Notes: generated from the letters alone by a model not told the origin. DNA of 61,963 nt from Candidatus Dadabacteria bacterium (GCA_020849425.1 JADLGH010000084.1:1-61963), one strand, 5' to 3'. Positions 48,858-57,428 are shown, numbered from the stretch's first letter. Numbers and translations: made by a program.

Positions 48858-49800
48858 TTACAGAGGGGAACCGTCGGCGCGCCCGGGCTTGAGCCAGACG
48901 GAGAGGTCTCTTTCGAGGAGCGCCGCGAGGTTCTCGATATCCCCGGCGTAGAATGGATAGAGATACCATTTGTTCCAGGGGTATTCCGACGGGCTTCATA
49001 TTCAACATGTACGCCTTGTGTTTCATTCTTTTTCTGACAGTCATGGGAATAACGGCCATTAGAAAGTCCTTGAGCAGCGAAGATTTATTGATAATTTCGT
49101 TAAGCAGCTCGAATTTCGGAACGCCCGACTTGTTTAATCTTTCGAGCTTCACGTCCTCCCTATAATCGACCGACAGGAATTCGCAGATCTCCCGGAGCGT
49201 CTTTCCGGGATTTTGCGCCAGGTCCTCGTAAAGTAGGACCTTCACATGAGGGAACCCCTCGATGTAGGCCTTTACCTGCTCGTAATATAATCCGCACCGC
49301 ATCCCGTGTAGTCGTAGAATATATCCCAGTTGTCGCGGCGCCGCGCCGCTATGGTGCCCGGCTCGATCGCCTTTTCGAAATCGAGGGGCTCTTTATATCC
49401 CCTCTTGTGCAGCATAAAATGGGAATAGGCCCTTTCGGCCGGGTTCCGGAGGATTATTATTATCCTGAGCTTTTCGTAGAGCCCGCCGTATATTCCATAT
49501 CGCTGTATCGTGCGTGAAGAGGTAGGAAGGCGAGGCCTCGCCAATTATCTGATCGGGGCGGGCGGCCTTGAAGAGGGCCGCGTAGTCCTCGAGCCTGGAA
49601 ACGACGTCGTAGGCCCCGGGGCTCGAGTAATCGGGCGGATTGTCGGCGTAGCTGAAAAACCAGGGCTCCTTCCGGGCGGGCATGTATATTTCGCCGTAAT
49701 TTTTCAGGTAGTAAAAAAGAGGCGTCGTCGCGCTCCTGGCGGCTCCGACGATCAGGAAGTCAGGCAGTCTGGATTCTTCCGAACCTGTTTGTACTATCAT
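48858..49800 (-). pseudogene. Sulfotransferase family gene disrupted by three frameshifts
   Basis: The reading frame hops 0-2-0-2. It reads LPDFLIVGAARSATTPLF...GEASPSYLF | TIQRYGIYGGLYEKLRIIIILRNPAERAYSHF...YDYTGCG | LYYEQVKAYIEGFPHVKVLLYEDL... | WYLYPFYAGDIENLAALLERDLSVWL*. Shifts lie at cgtgcgtg (49509-49516), ccgcaccgca (49292-49301), and near the C4 run at about 48975. Confidence 0.75.
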
Positions 49801-49902
49801 CCCCCTCTCCGGCACAATCGATTTTATCACAACGTCTCTACATGATTCAACGGGCCGGATCTAGTATCTAAAAGCGGGGAGAGGAATGCAATAGCCGATG
49901 CC

Positions 49903-50412
49903 CTATTTCCTTGTAACCGACTGGGCCCAGCCCTGAAAGACCTTGGCGATCACGTGGTCGCCTACCTTTATCCCCGTAATTTTATCGTTAGACGCCGCGA
50001 CGTTGAAAACGGTGCCGCCCTGCATCTTTACGCTGAGGAGGCTGTCCGTAGGGCCCCTCTCTATCGAGACGACCTCGCCCGGGACCCACTGAACGCCCGC
50101 GTCCTTCTTTTCGGGCGCAGGTGTGGAGGGGGCCGCCTTCTCCGCGATTCGGAGGAGCGTCGCCTGTCCTTCGACGACCTGTACCGTAACGACGTCGCCG
50201 GCCTGAATTCCTTCGAGAAGCCCCGGGGCGGAAGGGACGCTGAAGAGCTCGCCCCCGGGCAGCTCCATGCTGAGGAGGCTTCCGCCGCTTCCCTTAACTA
50301 TGGACACGACCTTGCCCGTCACCCACTGGGGGGAGCCGTTCGCATGGGAATGCGCCCCGGCTGCAAAAACCGCCAGCCCCAGAATGAAAGCGAAGACTAT
50401 GATTTTTCTCAT
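49903..50412 (-). CDS. Secreted hypothetical protein made of two tandem ~55-aa repeats
   Basis: Signal peptide. QWVTGKVVSIVKGSGGSLLSMELPGGELFSV...GDVVTVQVVEGQA and QWVPGEVVSIERGPTDSLLSVKMQGGTVFNV...GDHVIAKVFQGWA. Confidence 0.65.
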   Translation of the reverse strand: MRKIIVFAFILGLAVFAAGAHSHANGSPQWVTGKVVSIVKGSGGSLLSMELPGGELFSVPSAPGLLEGIQAGDVVTVQVVEGQATLLRIAEKAAPSTPAPEKKDAGVQWVPGEVVSIERGPTDSLLSVKMQGGTVFNVAASNDKITGIKVGDHVIAKVFQGWAQSVTRK

Positions 50413-50606
50413 GAAATTTCCCCTCCGTTTACGCCGATCCGTGGTACCCGGGTTTCGAGTGCCTACAGATTTTAAGTGTAAAATTCCCCGCGCCAGAACA
50501 CAATCGGAAATTTTCGGGCCGGCCGGTTTTGTCCTTGCCAGCGGGGGGCGGCTTATTTATATTCAGTACTGAGTTTCAGGATTCGACTGATACATACGGA
50601 GAACCT

Positions 50607-50966
50607 ATGCCTACACTTATCGAAGGGCCGTCTATAATCGAGGCGGCGGGCAACAAGCCCAAGATAATAGAGGAATTCGCGGGGAGGGTAAATTCCGGGG
50701 GCGATGTGGCCAGCGTCGCCAGGATGACGTCGCCCGCGGGATGGGAGGAGCCGGGGCAGAGGCCGGAGTTCCAGGAGATTACCGTCGTCCTCGAAGGCGC
50801 GCTCAGGGTCGAGCACGAAGGCGGTGCGATGGAGGTCGGGGCGGGGCAGGCCGTGATAACGCATCCCGGGGAGTGGGTGAGGTACAGCACGCCGAATGGT
50901 GCGAAGTACATTGCCGTGTGCCTCCCGGCGTTTTCACCCGAGACGGTACACAGGGACCCCGAATAA
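50607..50966 (+). CDS. Cupin domain protein
   Basis: ATG at 50607 follows GGAGA. EFQEITVVLEGALRVEHEGGAMEVGAGQAVITHPGEWVRYS. Confidence 0.75.
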   Translation: MPTLIEGPSIIEAAGNKPKIIEEFAGRVNSGGDVASVARMTSPAGWEEPGQRPEFQEITVVLEGALRVEHEGGAMEVGAGQAVITHPGEWVRYSTPNGAKYIAVCLPAFSPETVHRDPE

Positions 50967-50984
50967 CCCGGAGGGAGAGCAGGC

Positions 50985-51569
50985 TTGAAGAAAAGATGCG
51001 GATGGCACGGGGAAGACCCGCTTTACGTCGATTACCACGACACTGAATGGGGCGTCCCGGTTCACGACGACAGGACGCTATTCGAGATGGTGGTCCTCGA
51101 CGGGGCGCAGGCGGGATTGAGCTGGATTACGATACTAAAGCGCAGGGATTCCTACAGGGAGGCGTTCGACAACTTCGACGCGTGGAAGGTGGCCGCATAC
51201 GACGAAAGGAAGATTGCGGAGCTTCTCGAAAACCACGGCATCATAAGGAACAGACTCAAGGTGAATTCCGCCGTAAAGAACGCGAGGGCGTTTTTAGAGG
51301 TGAGCGAAGAATTCGGTACGTTCGATAAATACATATGGCAGTTCGTCGGGGGAAGACCCATAGACAATTCGAGGAAGGGCCTCGCCGATATTCCCGCCAG
51401 GTCGAAGGAATCCGACGCGATGAGCAAGGACATGAAGAAAAGGGGGTTCAGCTTCGTCGGCTCGACTATATGCTACGCCTTCATGCAGGCCGCCGGGATG
51501 GTGAACGATCACGTCGTCGATTGCTTCAGGTATGAAGAGGTAAAGAGGATGTCCCGGAAAAGTGAATAA
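50985..51569 (+). CDS. tag: DNA-3-methyladenine glycosylase I
   Basis: CGWHGEDPLYVDYHDTEWGVPVHDDRTLFEMVVLDGAQAGLSWITILKRR. TTG start after GGAGGGA. Confidence 0.93.
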   Translation: MKKRCGWHGEDPLYVDYHDTEWGVPVHDDRTLFEMVVLDGAQAGLSWITILKRRDSYREAFDNFDAWKVAAYDERKIAELLENHGIIRNRLKVNSAVKNARAFLEVSEEFGTFDKYIWQFVGGRPIDNSRKGLADIPARSKESDAMSKDMKKRGFSFVGSTICYAFMQAAGMVNDHVVDCFRYEEVKRMSRKSE

Positions 51570-52202
51570 TGAGCGCGGGTATTCTGGAGAGAATAATATT
51601 CCGCCAGGCGGGAAGGGACGAGAGCAGGAGCATAGCCGGGCTTTTCGGCATGGCGTCCGACGGCGTGGCGGACTACGTATGGACGAAGTCCCTGAAGCCC
51701 GGTGAAGCCATATTGGACGCGGGGGAAAGACGGTACTCCTACGAAAGCTCGCCGTTCGGCTACAAGAATTGCACGGTCGCGGAATCAGGCGGAATGATCG
51801 CCGGAATGATGGCCGCTTTCCCCATGGACCATGCTGACGACCCCGGGACGAGCGGGGAGACCGATCCGGTCCTCGTTCCCTATAGCAGATTCGAACAGCA
51901 CGGCAGCTACTACATTTCCGGAATGGCCCTTTTCCCGGGTATCGGGGCATGGGCATAGGGACGAAATTCCTCGAAATCGCGGAGGAGAAGGCGGCCCTAT
52001 ACAACCTCCCCCGGTTGAGTCTCATATCATAGTCTTCGGGGAGAGCGAAGGCGCAGCGAGGCTATACAAGCGCCGCGGATTTTACGAGATCATGCGTGAG
52101 CCGGTAATACCGCACCCGCTTATAAAGCATTCCGGCATGGCCCTTCCGATTGTAAAAAACGTCATTCCGACCTGCGGGACTTTTCCTTCTTCGCCATCGT
52201 GA
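51569..52202 (+). pseudogene. GNAT family N-acetyltransferase disrupted by two frameshifts
   Basis: The frame changes 2-1-0. It reads ...SYYISGMALFPG | YRGMGIGTKFLEIAEEKAALYNLPRLSLI | VFGESEGAARLYKRRGFYEIM.... The second shift coincides with the tandem tcatatcata at 52022-52031. Confidence 0.65.
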
Positions 52203-53745
52203 TAAACAGCCCCGAGCCCTCTTTTTTGTCCTTGAAGAGCGCGAGCAAAACCTCGGCCTCGTGGAAGGGCATCGTCAGGAACGAGAATTTCTGGTGTATC
52301 TGGATGTCCGTTATGTTGTCCGGCGATATCCCGCTCTTCTCTTTTATGTAGCCGAGGAGCTTCTTCTTCGTAAGGCCGTCGCGCTTCCCGTGGGCGACGT
52401 AGAGGCGGGTCGTCCCCTTGTCGTCTATCTCGGCCGTGTCGCCGTCGCCGTTTTTCCTGTCGTCCCGGCCGAACGTGTGCTGGAGTAAGGACGCCACGAC
52501 GTCTTCGGCGTTCTTCTTCTTGAGGAGCTCTTTCGATAGCTCGAGGTAGTTGCCGTTACGCGCCGGCGCGTTTACGATTTTGTCTACCTCTTTCTTCGTG
52601 CGCTTACGCTCCTGAAGAACGGTGTCGGACTTAAGGGGGAGCTTGGCCTTCCGGATGTCCGTCTTGGCCTCTTTGGTTATGAATTTGAGCTTCCTGTATT
52701 CTTCGGGCGTTACGAACGTGACGGCGTTCCCCCCCTTGCCGGCCCTTCCGGTCCTTCCTATCCTGTGGATGTAGGCCTTGGGATCCTGCGGCAGCGCGTA
52801 GTTTATGACGTGCGTAAGGTCGTGCACGTCGAGCCCTCTCGCCGCGACGTCCGTCGCAACTAGGATGTTCACGCGCTTCTTCCTGAAGAGCGTGAGCATG
52901 CGCTCCCTCTGGATCTGGGACATGTTGCCGTGAAGGGCGCCCGCGTCGTACCCGCGCCGGCTGAGCTTGTTGGCGATTTTGTCGGCGTCGTGCTTCGTCC
53001 GGCAGAATACGAGGCCGTAAAAGTCGTCTTCCATGTCTATCAGGCGGCAGAGGGCCTCGAATTTATCGGAGTGCTTTACCTCGAAGTAGATCTGATCCGT
53101 GAGGCTCACCGTGAGCTGCTCGGACTCGACCTTGAGCTCGTCGTATTCGCGCATGTGGTTCTTGGCTATATCGACGATCTCGCGGGGCATCGTTGCCGAG
53201 AAAAGCATCGTTCTCTTGTCTTCGGGCGTATGGCTGAGTATTTCTTTCACGTCGTCTATGAACCCCATGTTGAGCATCTCGTCCGCCTCGTCCAGAATGA
53301 AATAGGAGAGCTTTCCGAGCGAGAGCGCGCCGCTCCAGATGTGGTCGAGCACCCTGCCCGGGGTTCCGACTACGATGTCGATGCCGTTCCGGAGGCTCCG
53401 CAATTGGAGGCTCATCGACTGCCCGCCGTATATGGGCACGATAGAGAGCTCCTTGTCGCCCTTGAGCGAGTTTATCTCCTCGGCGACCTGTATCGCGAGC
53501 TCCCTCGTGGGGGCGAGAATGAGCACCTGGACCTGGCCTGCGTTTTCCTTGATGAGCTCTATGAGCGGAACGCCGAACGCCGCCGTCTTGCCCGTGCCGG
53601 TTTGCGCCTGCGCCACGAGGTCCTTCGTGCTTCCGAGTAGTCCCGGTATTGTAAGTTCCTGGATTGGAGTCGGGGCTTCGAAGCCCTTCTTCTTGAGGGC
53701 GTTCAGCATGCCCTCGGATAAACCTAAATTGTCAAACGATTTCAT
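52162..53745 (-). CDS. DEAD-box ATP-dependent RNA helicase with a DbpA-type C-terminal RNA-binding domain
   Basis: Q motif, AQTGTGKT, DEAD, SAT and HRIGRTGRAG. The C-terminus reads TRLYVAHGKRDGLTKKKLLGYI. Confidence 0.95.
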   Translation of the reverse strand: MKSFDNLGLSEGMLNALKKKGFEAPTPIQELTIPGLLGSTKDLVAQAQTGTGKTAAFGVPLIELIKENAGQVQVLILAPTRELAIQVAEEINSLKGDKELSIVPIYGGQSMSLQLRSLRNGIDIVVGTPGRVLDHIWSGALSLGKLSYFILDEADEMLNMGFIDDVKEILSHTPEDKRTMLFSATMPREIVDIAKNHMREYDELKVESEQLTVSLTDQIYFEVKHSDKFEALCRLIDMEDDFYGLVFCRTKHDADKIANKLSRRGYDAGALHGNMSQIQRERMLTLFRKKRVNILVATDVAARGLDVHDLTHVINYALPQDPKAYIHRIGRTGRAGKGGNAVTFVTPEEYRKLKFITKEAKTDIRKAKLPLKSDTVLQERKRTKKEVDKIVNAPARNGNYLELSKELLKKKNAEDVVASLLQHTFGRDDRKNGDGDTAEIDDKGTTRLYVAHGKRDGLTKKKLLGYIKEKSGISPDNITDIQIHQKFSFLTMPFHEAEVLLALFKDKKEGSGLFITMAKKEKSRRSE

Positions 53746-53853
53746 ATAACCTTCCTCTGTGATTTTACAATTCTCCCCTCAAGCAGTAAAAACTCAATCA
53801 AGTACCAACAATTTATGCGGAATCCTGTGGATAGTGACTAAGTGTTTCTCTCT

Positions 53854-53884
53854 CAAGTTACAAAAGTTACTTTAATTGTACTTG
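53854..53884. other. Inverted repeat in the helicase leader / divergent intergenic region
   Basis: CAAGT(T)ACAA-12 nt-TTGTACTTG. Confidence 0.4.
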
Positions 53885-53971
53885 AATTAACGGGGTTTCG
53901 CTAGAGGGAGTTTCCTGATAATGGAGAGATTCAAGAGATGGCAGAGCAAGCCGGGCGCGCCGGGGCGGATT

Positions 53972-54015
53972 TGACAGCCGACGATTTGGCGAATACAATT
54001 GAGAATCTTTCTCAT
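53972..54015 (+). promoter_or_regulatory. Promoter TTGACA-17-TACAAT followed directly by the Fur-family-type palindrome TGAGAAtctTTCTCA
   Basis: -35 at 53972-53977, -10 at 53995-54000, palindrome at 54001-54015 (7-1-7 reading: TGAGAAT c TTTCTCA). It lies about 45 nt upstream of the regulator ATG. Confidence 0.55.
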
Positions 54016-54057
54016 TTGAGTCGGGGCGGGTTACATAACAGCGGGTTACCATAGCAT

Positions 54058-54498
54058 ATGAAGGATAAAGTGTTTGCCAAGGGCCAGGACGGCATAAGGG
54101 ATATTTTTCACGCCCGGAAGCTGAAGTGTACGCCGCAGAGGCTTTCTGTATTCAAGGTCCTGGAAGAGAGCGAAACCTACCTTTCCATAAACAGCATACA
54201 CGCGAAGGTGAAGGCGCTATTGCCGGGTACGGGGCTTGCGACCGTGTACAGGTCGCTCGATACGCTTATAGACCTCGGCCTGGTAGTGAAAGTGCATCTG
54301 GAGGACGGGTGCCACAGCTACGCCGTCGCACCCGAGGGGCACAGGCACCCTATCGTGTGCACCGAGTGCAACAGGGTCATAGAGTTCGCCGAATGCCCGC
54401 TGGACAAGATATCGGAGAAGCTCTCGAAGGACACGGGAATAGAGATACAAAACCACTTCCTTCAACTATTCGGCAAGTGCAGGGGATGCAGCGCGTGA
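54058..54498 (+). CDS. Fur family transcriptional regulator (Zur/Nur/Fur-like; metal not assignable)
   Basis: 146 aa. Winged helix (TPQRLSVFKVLEE...LSINSIH), HxH region (PEGHRHPIVC), and two CxxC pairs (CTEC, CRGC). Confidence 0.9.
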   Translation: MKDKVFAKGQDGIRDIFHARKLKCTPQRLSVFKVLEESETYLSINSIHAKVKALLPGTGLATVYRSLDTLIDLGLVVKVHLEDGCHSYAVAPEGHRHPIVCTECNRVIEFAECPLDKISEKLSKDTGIEIQNHFLQLFGKCRGCSA

Positions 54499-54515
54499 AA
54501 AGGGGATCTTGACAC

Positions 54516-55226
54516 ATGTCTCACATACACATACCTGACGGTGTTCTCCCTTTATGGATAGTGGCCGCGGGATGGGTGGTCACCGCCCTCCTTCTCGCGC
54601 TTTGCATCCGGAGAGTGGATTCCGGGGACGTGAAGAGGAAGCTTCCCCTTATAGGGATAGTGTCGGCGCTGATGATAGCGGGCATGACGCTCGAAATAGT
54701 TCCGATCGCGTATCACATAAACCTGAGCATAATCGCCGGCATACTTCTCGGCCCGGCGCTCGCTTTCGTATCCGTATTTATCGTAGACCTCATAATATCG
54801 ATGTTCGGGCACGGGGGGATTACCGTCGTCGGGCTCAATACTATGGTAATCGGCGCGGAGGCCGTGCTCGGCTACTATCTTTTCCAGGCCTTCAGGACGG
54901 TCATGGCGGGGCGGCGGGCGGGATGGGCTTCGGCGCTCGCGGCCGTTATGAGCCTCTTTCTGAGCACTTCCATAATGCTGGGGGTAGTATACGTTTCGCA
55001 TATAAACCCTGCTGCGGCGCTCCACACGGAAGAGGCGGCCCACGATACCCACGGCGGGCCGGCCGGGGACGTGGAAACGGAGGGAGGCCTCGACTTCGGA
55101 AGGTTCGTAAAGACCATTTTTCTGCTTGCGCCGCTCGGATGGGCGCTCGAAGCCGCCGTCACGGGGCTCGTCGTGTCGTATCTCTACAGGGTGAGGCCCG
55201 ATCTCGTGGCCTCGGAGAAGACGTAA
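54516..55226 (+). CDS. cbiM: ECF transporter substrate-capture component, CbiM/NikM family
   Basis: HIPDG near the N-terminus (MSHIHIPDGVLP). 236 aa and polytopic. Sits next to cbiQ and cbiO. Confidence 0.85.
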   Translation: MSHIHIPDGVLPLWIVAAGWVVTALLLALCIRRVDSGDVKRKLPLIGIVSALMIAGMTLEIVPIAYHINLSIIAGILLGPALAFVSVFIVDLIISMFGHGGITVVGLNTMVIGAEAVLGYYLFQAFRTVMAGRRAGWASALAAVMSLFLSTSIMLGVVYVSHINPAAALHTEEAAHDTHGGPAGDVETEGGLDFGRFVKTIFLLAPLGWALEAAVTGLVVSYLYRVRPDLVASEKT

Positions 55227-55235
55227 GGAAATCGC

Positions 55236-56063
55236 ATGGACGTTTCGGCAATAGATTATTACGCAAATCACGGCGGGAGCTTCCTCCACAGGGCGTCCGC
55301 GCCGCCCAAGCTCGTCTTCGCCGGGCTCGTCATAGCATCCGTCGTCGTAACGAGGGATTTTTATTTCCTCCTCGGGGCGTACATCACGCTCGCGGCCCTC
55401 GTCTTCAGGACCGGCCTTCCGGCGCCGAGGGTCATAACGATCGCGGCTTACCCCGCGATATTCGCACTCATATTCGCAGCCGCAGGATGGAACGGCGACT
55501 GGATCGGCGCCGGGGTGATAATCTTGAAGGCGCTCACGGCCGCCCTCGCTTCGGTGATCGTAATAGTCACGACGCCGTACCCGGACGTGTTCGCGTCGCT
55601 CCGGCCGTTCTTGCCGAAGATCATAGCCGAGGGGCTTTTCCTTACTTACAGATCGCTCTTCCTGCTCCTTGACCTCATGGACAATCTACTTAAGGCGCTC
55701 AGGGTCAGGGGTGGTATCTCGCGGGGAAAGATCGTACGCAACGTCGTGAATTTTTCGTCCGGCATAGGGCTCCTGCTTGTGCGGGGGCTCGACATCTCGG
55801 AGAAGTTTTACGGCGTCATGAGGGTAAGGGGATATGACGGGAAATTATCCGGCGGCTACGTAAGGGGCGGAAGCCCGGCGTGCGGCGCAGGGGCGGTTTT
55901 GACAGGCGCGGCGATACTCGCGCTCGCGCTATCGATACGATACGAACCCGGGCTGGAATCGCTCGGAGTATACTTCGTCTACGCCGCCCTGCCCGCGCTG
56001 GCCCTGTCGGCCGCGTGGGGCCTTTATCCTAAATGGGAGGCCGAAGCATGGAAGAAATCGTAA
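55236..56063 (+). CDS. cbiQ: ECF transporter transmembrane (T) component, CbiQ/EcfT family
   Basis: 275 aa and polytopic. Two Arg-Gly coupling motifs (ALRVRGG, MRVRGY). Confidence 0.8.
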   Translation: MDVSAIDYYANHGGSFLHRASAPPKLVFAGLVIASVVVTRDFYFLLGAYITLAALVFRTGLPAPRVITIAAYPAIFALIFAAAGWNGDWIGAGVIILKALTAALASVIVIVTTPYPDVFASLRPFLPKIIAEGLFLTYRSLFLLLDLMDNLLKALRVRGGISRGKIVRNVVNFSSGIGLLLVRGLDISEKFYGVMRVRGYDGKLSGGYVRGGSPACGAGAVLTGAAILALALSIRYEPGLESLGVYFVYAALPALALSAAWGLYPKWEAEAWKKS

Positions 56064-56905
56064 GGATAAAGGACCTCGGCTTCAGATACCCGGACGGCAC
56101 CTCGCTCAGGTTCGAGGGCGAGGATTTTACTGTCCATAAGGGTGAGCGCGTGGTCATGCTCGGCCCGAACGGGAGCGGGAAGTCCACCCTGCTCTCTCTC
56201 TTGCTGGGTCTCCTCAGGGCTTCGGGCGGCGAGGTGGACGTCATGGGCGTAGACCCGGGAAAGGATTACGAGAAGGTGAGGGAGAGGATCGGCGCGCTGC
56301 TCCAGAACCCGGACCTTCAGATAATAGCGCCCAGGGTATGGGACGACGTGTCGTTCTCGGCGAGGAATTACGGGTACGGGAAGCAAAAGACCGACGAGCT
56401 CGTCGGCGACGTGCTGAAGCGGCTCGAGATCGAGCACCTTAAGGACAAGGTGCCGCATTACCTGAGCGGCGGCGAAAAGACGAAGGTCGCCCTCGCCGGG
56501 GCCCTGGTCACGAAGCCCGAGCTGCTGATACTGGACGAGCCGTTCGAGCACATAGACCCCATGTGCAGGACCGAGATGATAAGGCTCCTTAATTCGGTGA
56601 ACCGCGAGAACGGGACGGCTATAATATTATCGACGCACAACATGAACACCGTACCCCTCATCGCCGACACGGTTTATCTGATGGCGGTCGGGGGGAGGAT
56701 TGTTGGGAAGGGGACGCCGAAAGAGGTGTTCTCGATGACAGGCGCGCTCGCCGAATGTCACATAGAGCCGCCCGTCCTCGGGGAACTATTCGCCGAGCTG
56801 AAGAAGCTCGGGGTAGACCTCGACCCTTCGCTGAATATAAAGGACGCGGCTCTTACTATCGCGAATCATATGTTATCCTCTGAGGACAAGGCCGGGCACG
56901 GATAA
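56048..56905 (+). CDS. cbiO: ECF transporter ATPase, CbiO/EcfA family
   Basis: ATG at 56048 lies 7 nt after GGGAGG. GPNGSGKST, LSGGEKTKVAL and LLILDEP. Confidence 0.9.
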   Translation: MEEIVRIKDLGFRYPDGTSLRFEGEDFTVHKGERVVMLGPNGSGKSTLLSLLLGLLRASGGEVDVMGVDPGKDYEKVRERIGALLQNPDLQIIAPRVWDDVSFSARNYGYGKQKTDELVGDVLKRLEIEHLKDKVPHYLSGGEKTKVALAGALVTKPELLILDEPFEHIDPMCRTEMIRLLNSVNRENGTAIILSTHNMNTVPLIADTVYLMAVGGRIVGKGTPKEVFSMTGALAECHIEPPVLGELFAELKKLGVDLDPSLNIKDAALTIANHMLSSEDKAGHG

Positions 56906-57234
56906 TGGGCGCAACGAAGGCAAAGACAAAGAGAGTAAGCGCATTTTTCGCGGCGGCGTTCGCCCTCGTCTTCGTTTTATCCCTGAGCGTCCACAACCAC
57001 GGCTTCGGCCCCGAGACCGGCGTACGCATAACGAAGTCCGCCGGGCACATGGGGCATTCCGTAGAGCAGTGCTCCGCGTGCAGGCTCCACGGAAACCTGG
57101 AGCTTCCCGAAAGGGAAAACTTACCCGTCCTTATAGATTCACCAGTATTAATTTCTTTCAGCACAGACGCACCTTTGGTCCCGGCGTCTTTCCTGACGCT
57201 TTACAAATCGACGCGCTCACCTCCGCCCGCCTGA
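56905..57234 (+). CDS. Small membrane-anchored protein with His and CxxC motifs (DUF2946-like flavour), putative metal-handling accessory
   Basis: TAATG overlap with cbiO. One TM segment (VSAFFAAAFALVFVLSLSV), then HNHGF...HMGHSVEQCSACRLHG. Confidence 0.5.
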   Translation: MGATKAKTKRVSAFFAAAFALVFVLSLSVHNHGFGPETGVRITKSAGHMGHSVEQCSACRLHGNLELPERENLPVLIDSPVLISFSTDAPLVPASFLTLYKSTRSPPPA

Positions 57235-57428
57235 GCCGTATCGGCTGAGGAATCAAGCGGGCGAAAACTCGTAAGCATATCCGTATAGAAGGCGCCGTTC
57301 CGTCCGATCGGGACCGGCCCTCCGCTGCATATTCATACCGCGCGGGCTCGTACCGCCCGCACTCGCCCCTCTACCGATGCCGACGCGGCGCTCCGGAATT
57401 CATTCACAAAAAAATCTGGAGGTGAATA

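Noticed and set aside
51900-52040. Programmed ribosomal frameshifting in the GNAT gene
   Set aside because: There is no slippery heptamer or downstream structure. Two shifts are required, and one is a plain 5-bp duplication. The same kind of lesion occurs in the nearby sulfotransferase, so pseudogenisation is more parsimonious.
54554-55672. 372-aa plus-strand ORF, extremely Arg/Gly-rich
   Set aside because: It is an alternative frame over cbiM/cbiQ, whose own frames carry family motifs and TM segments.
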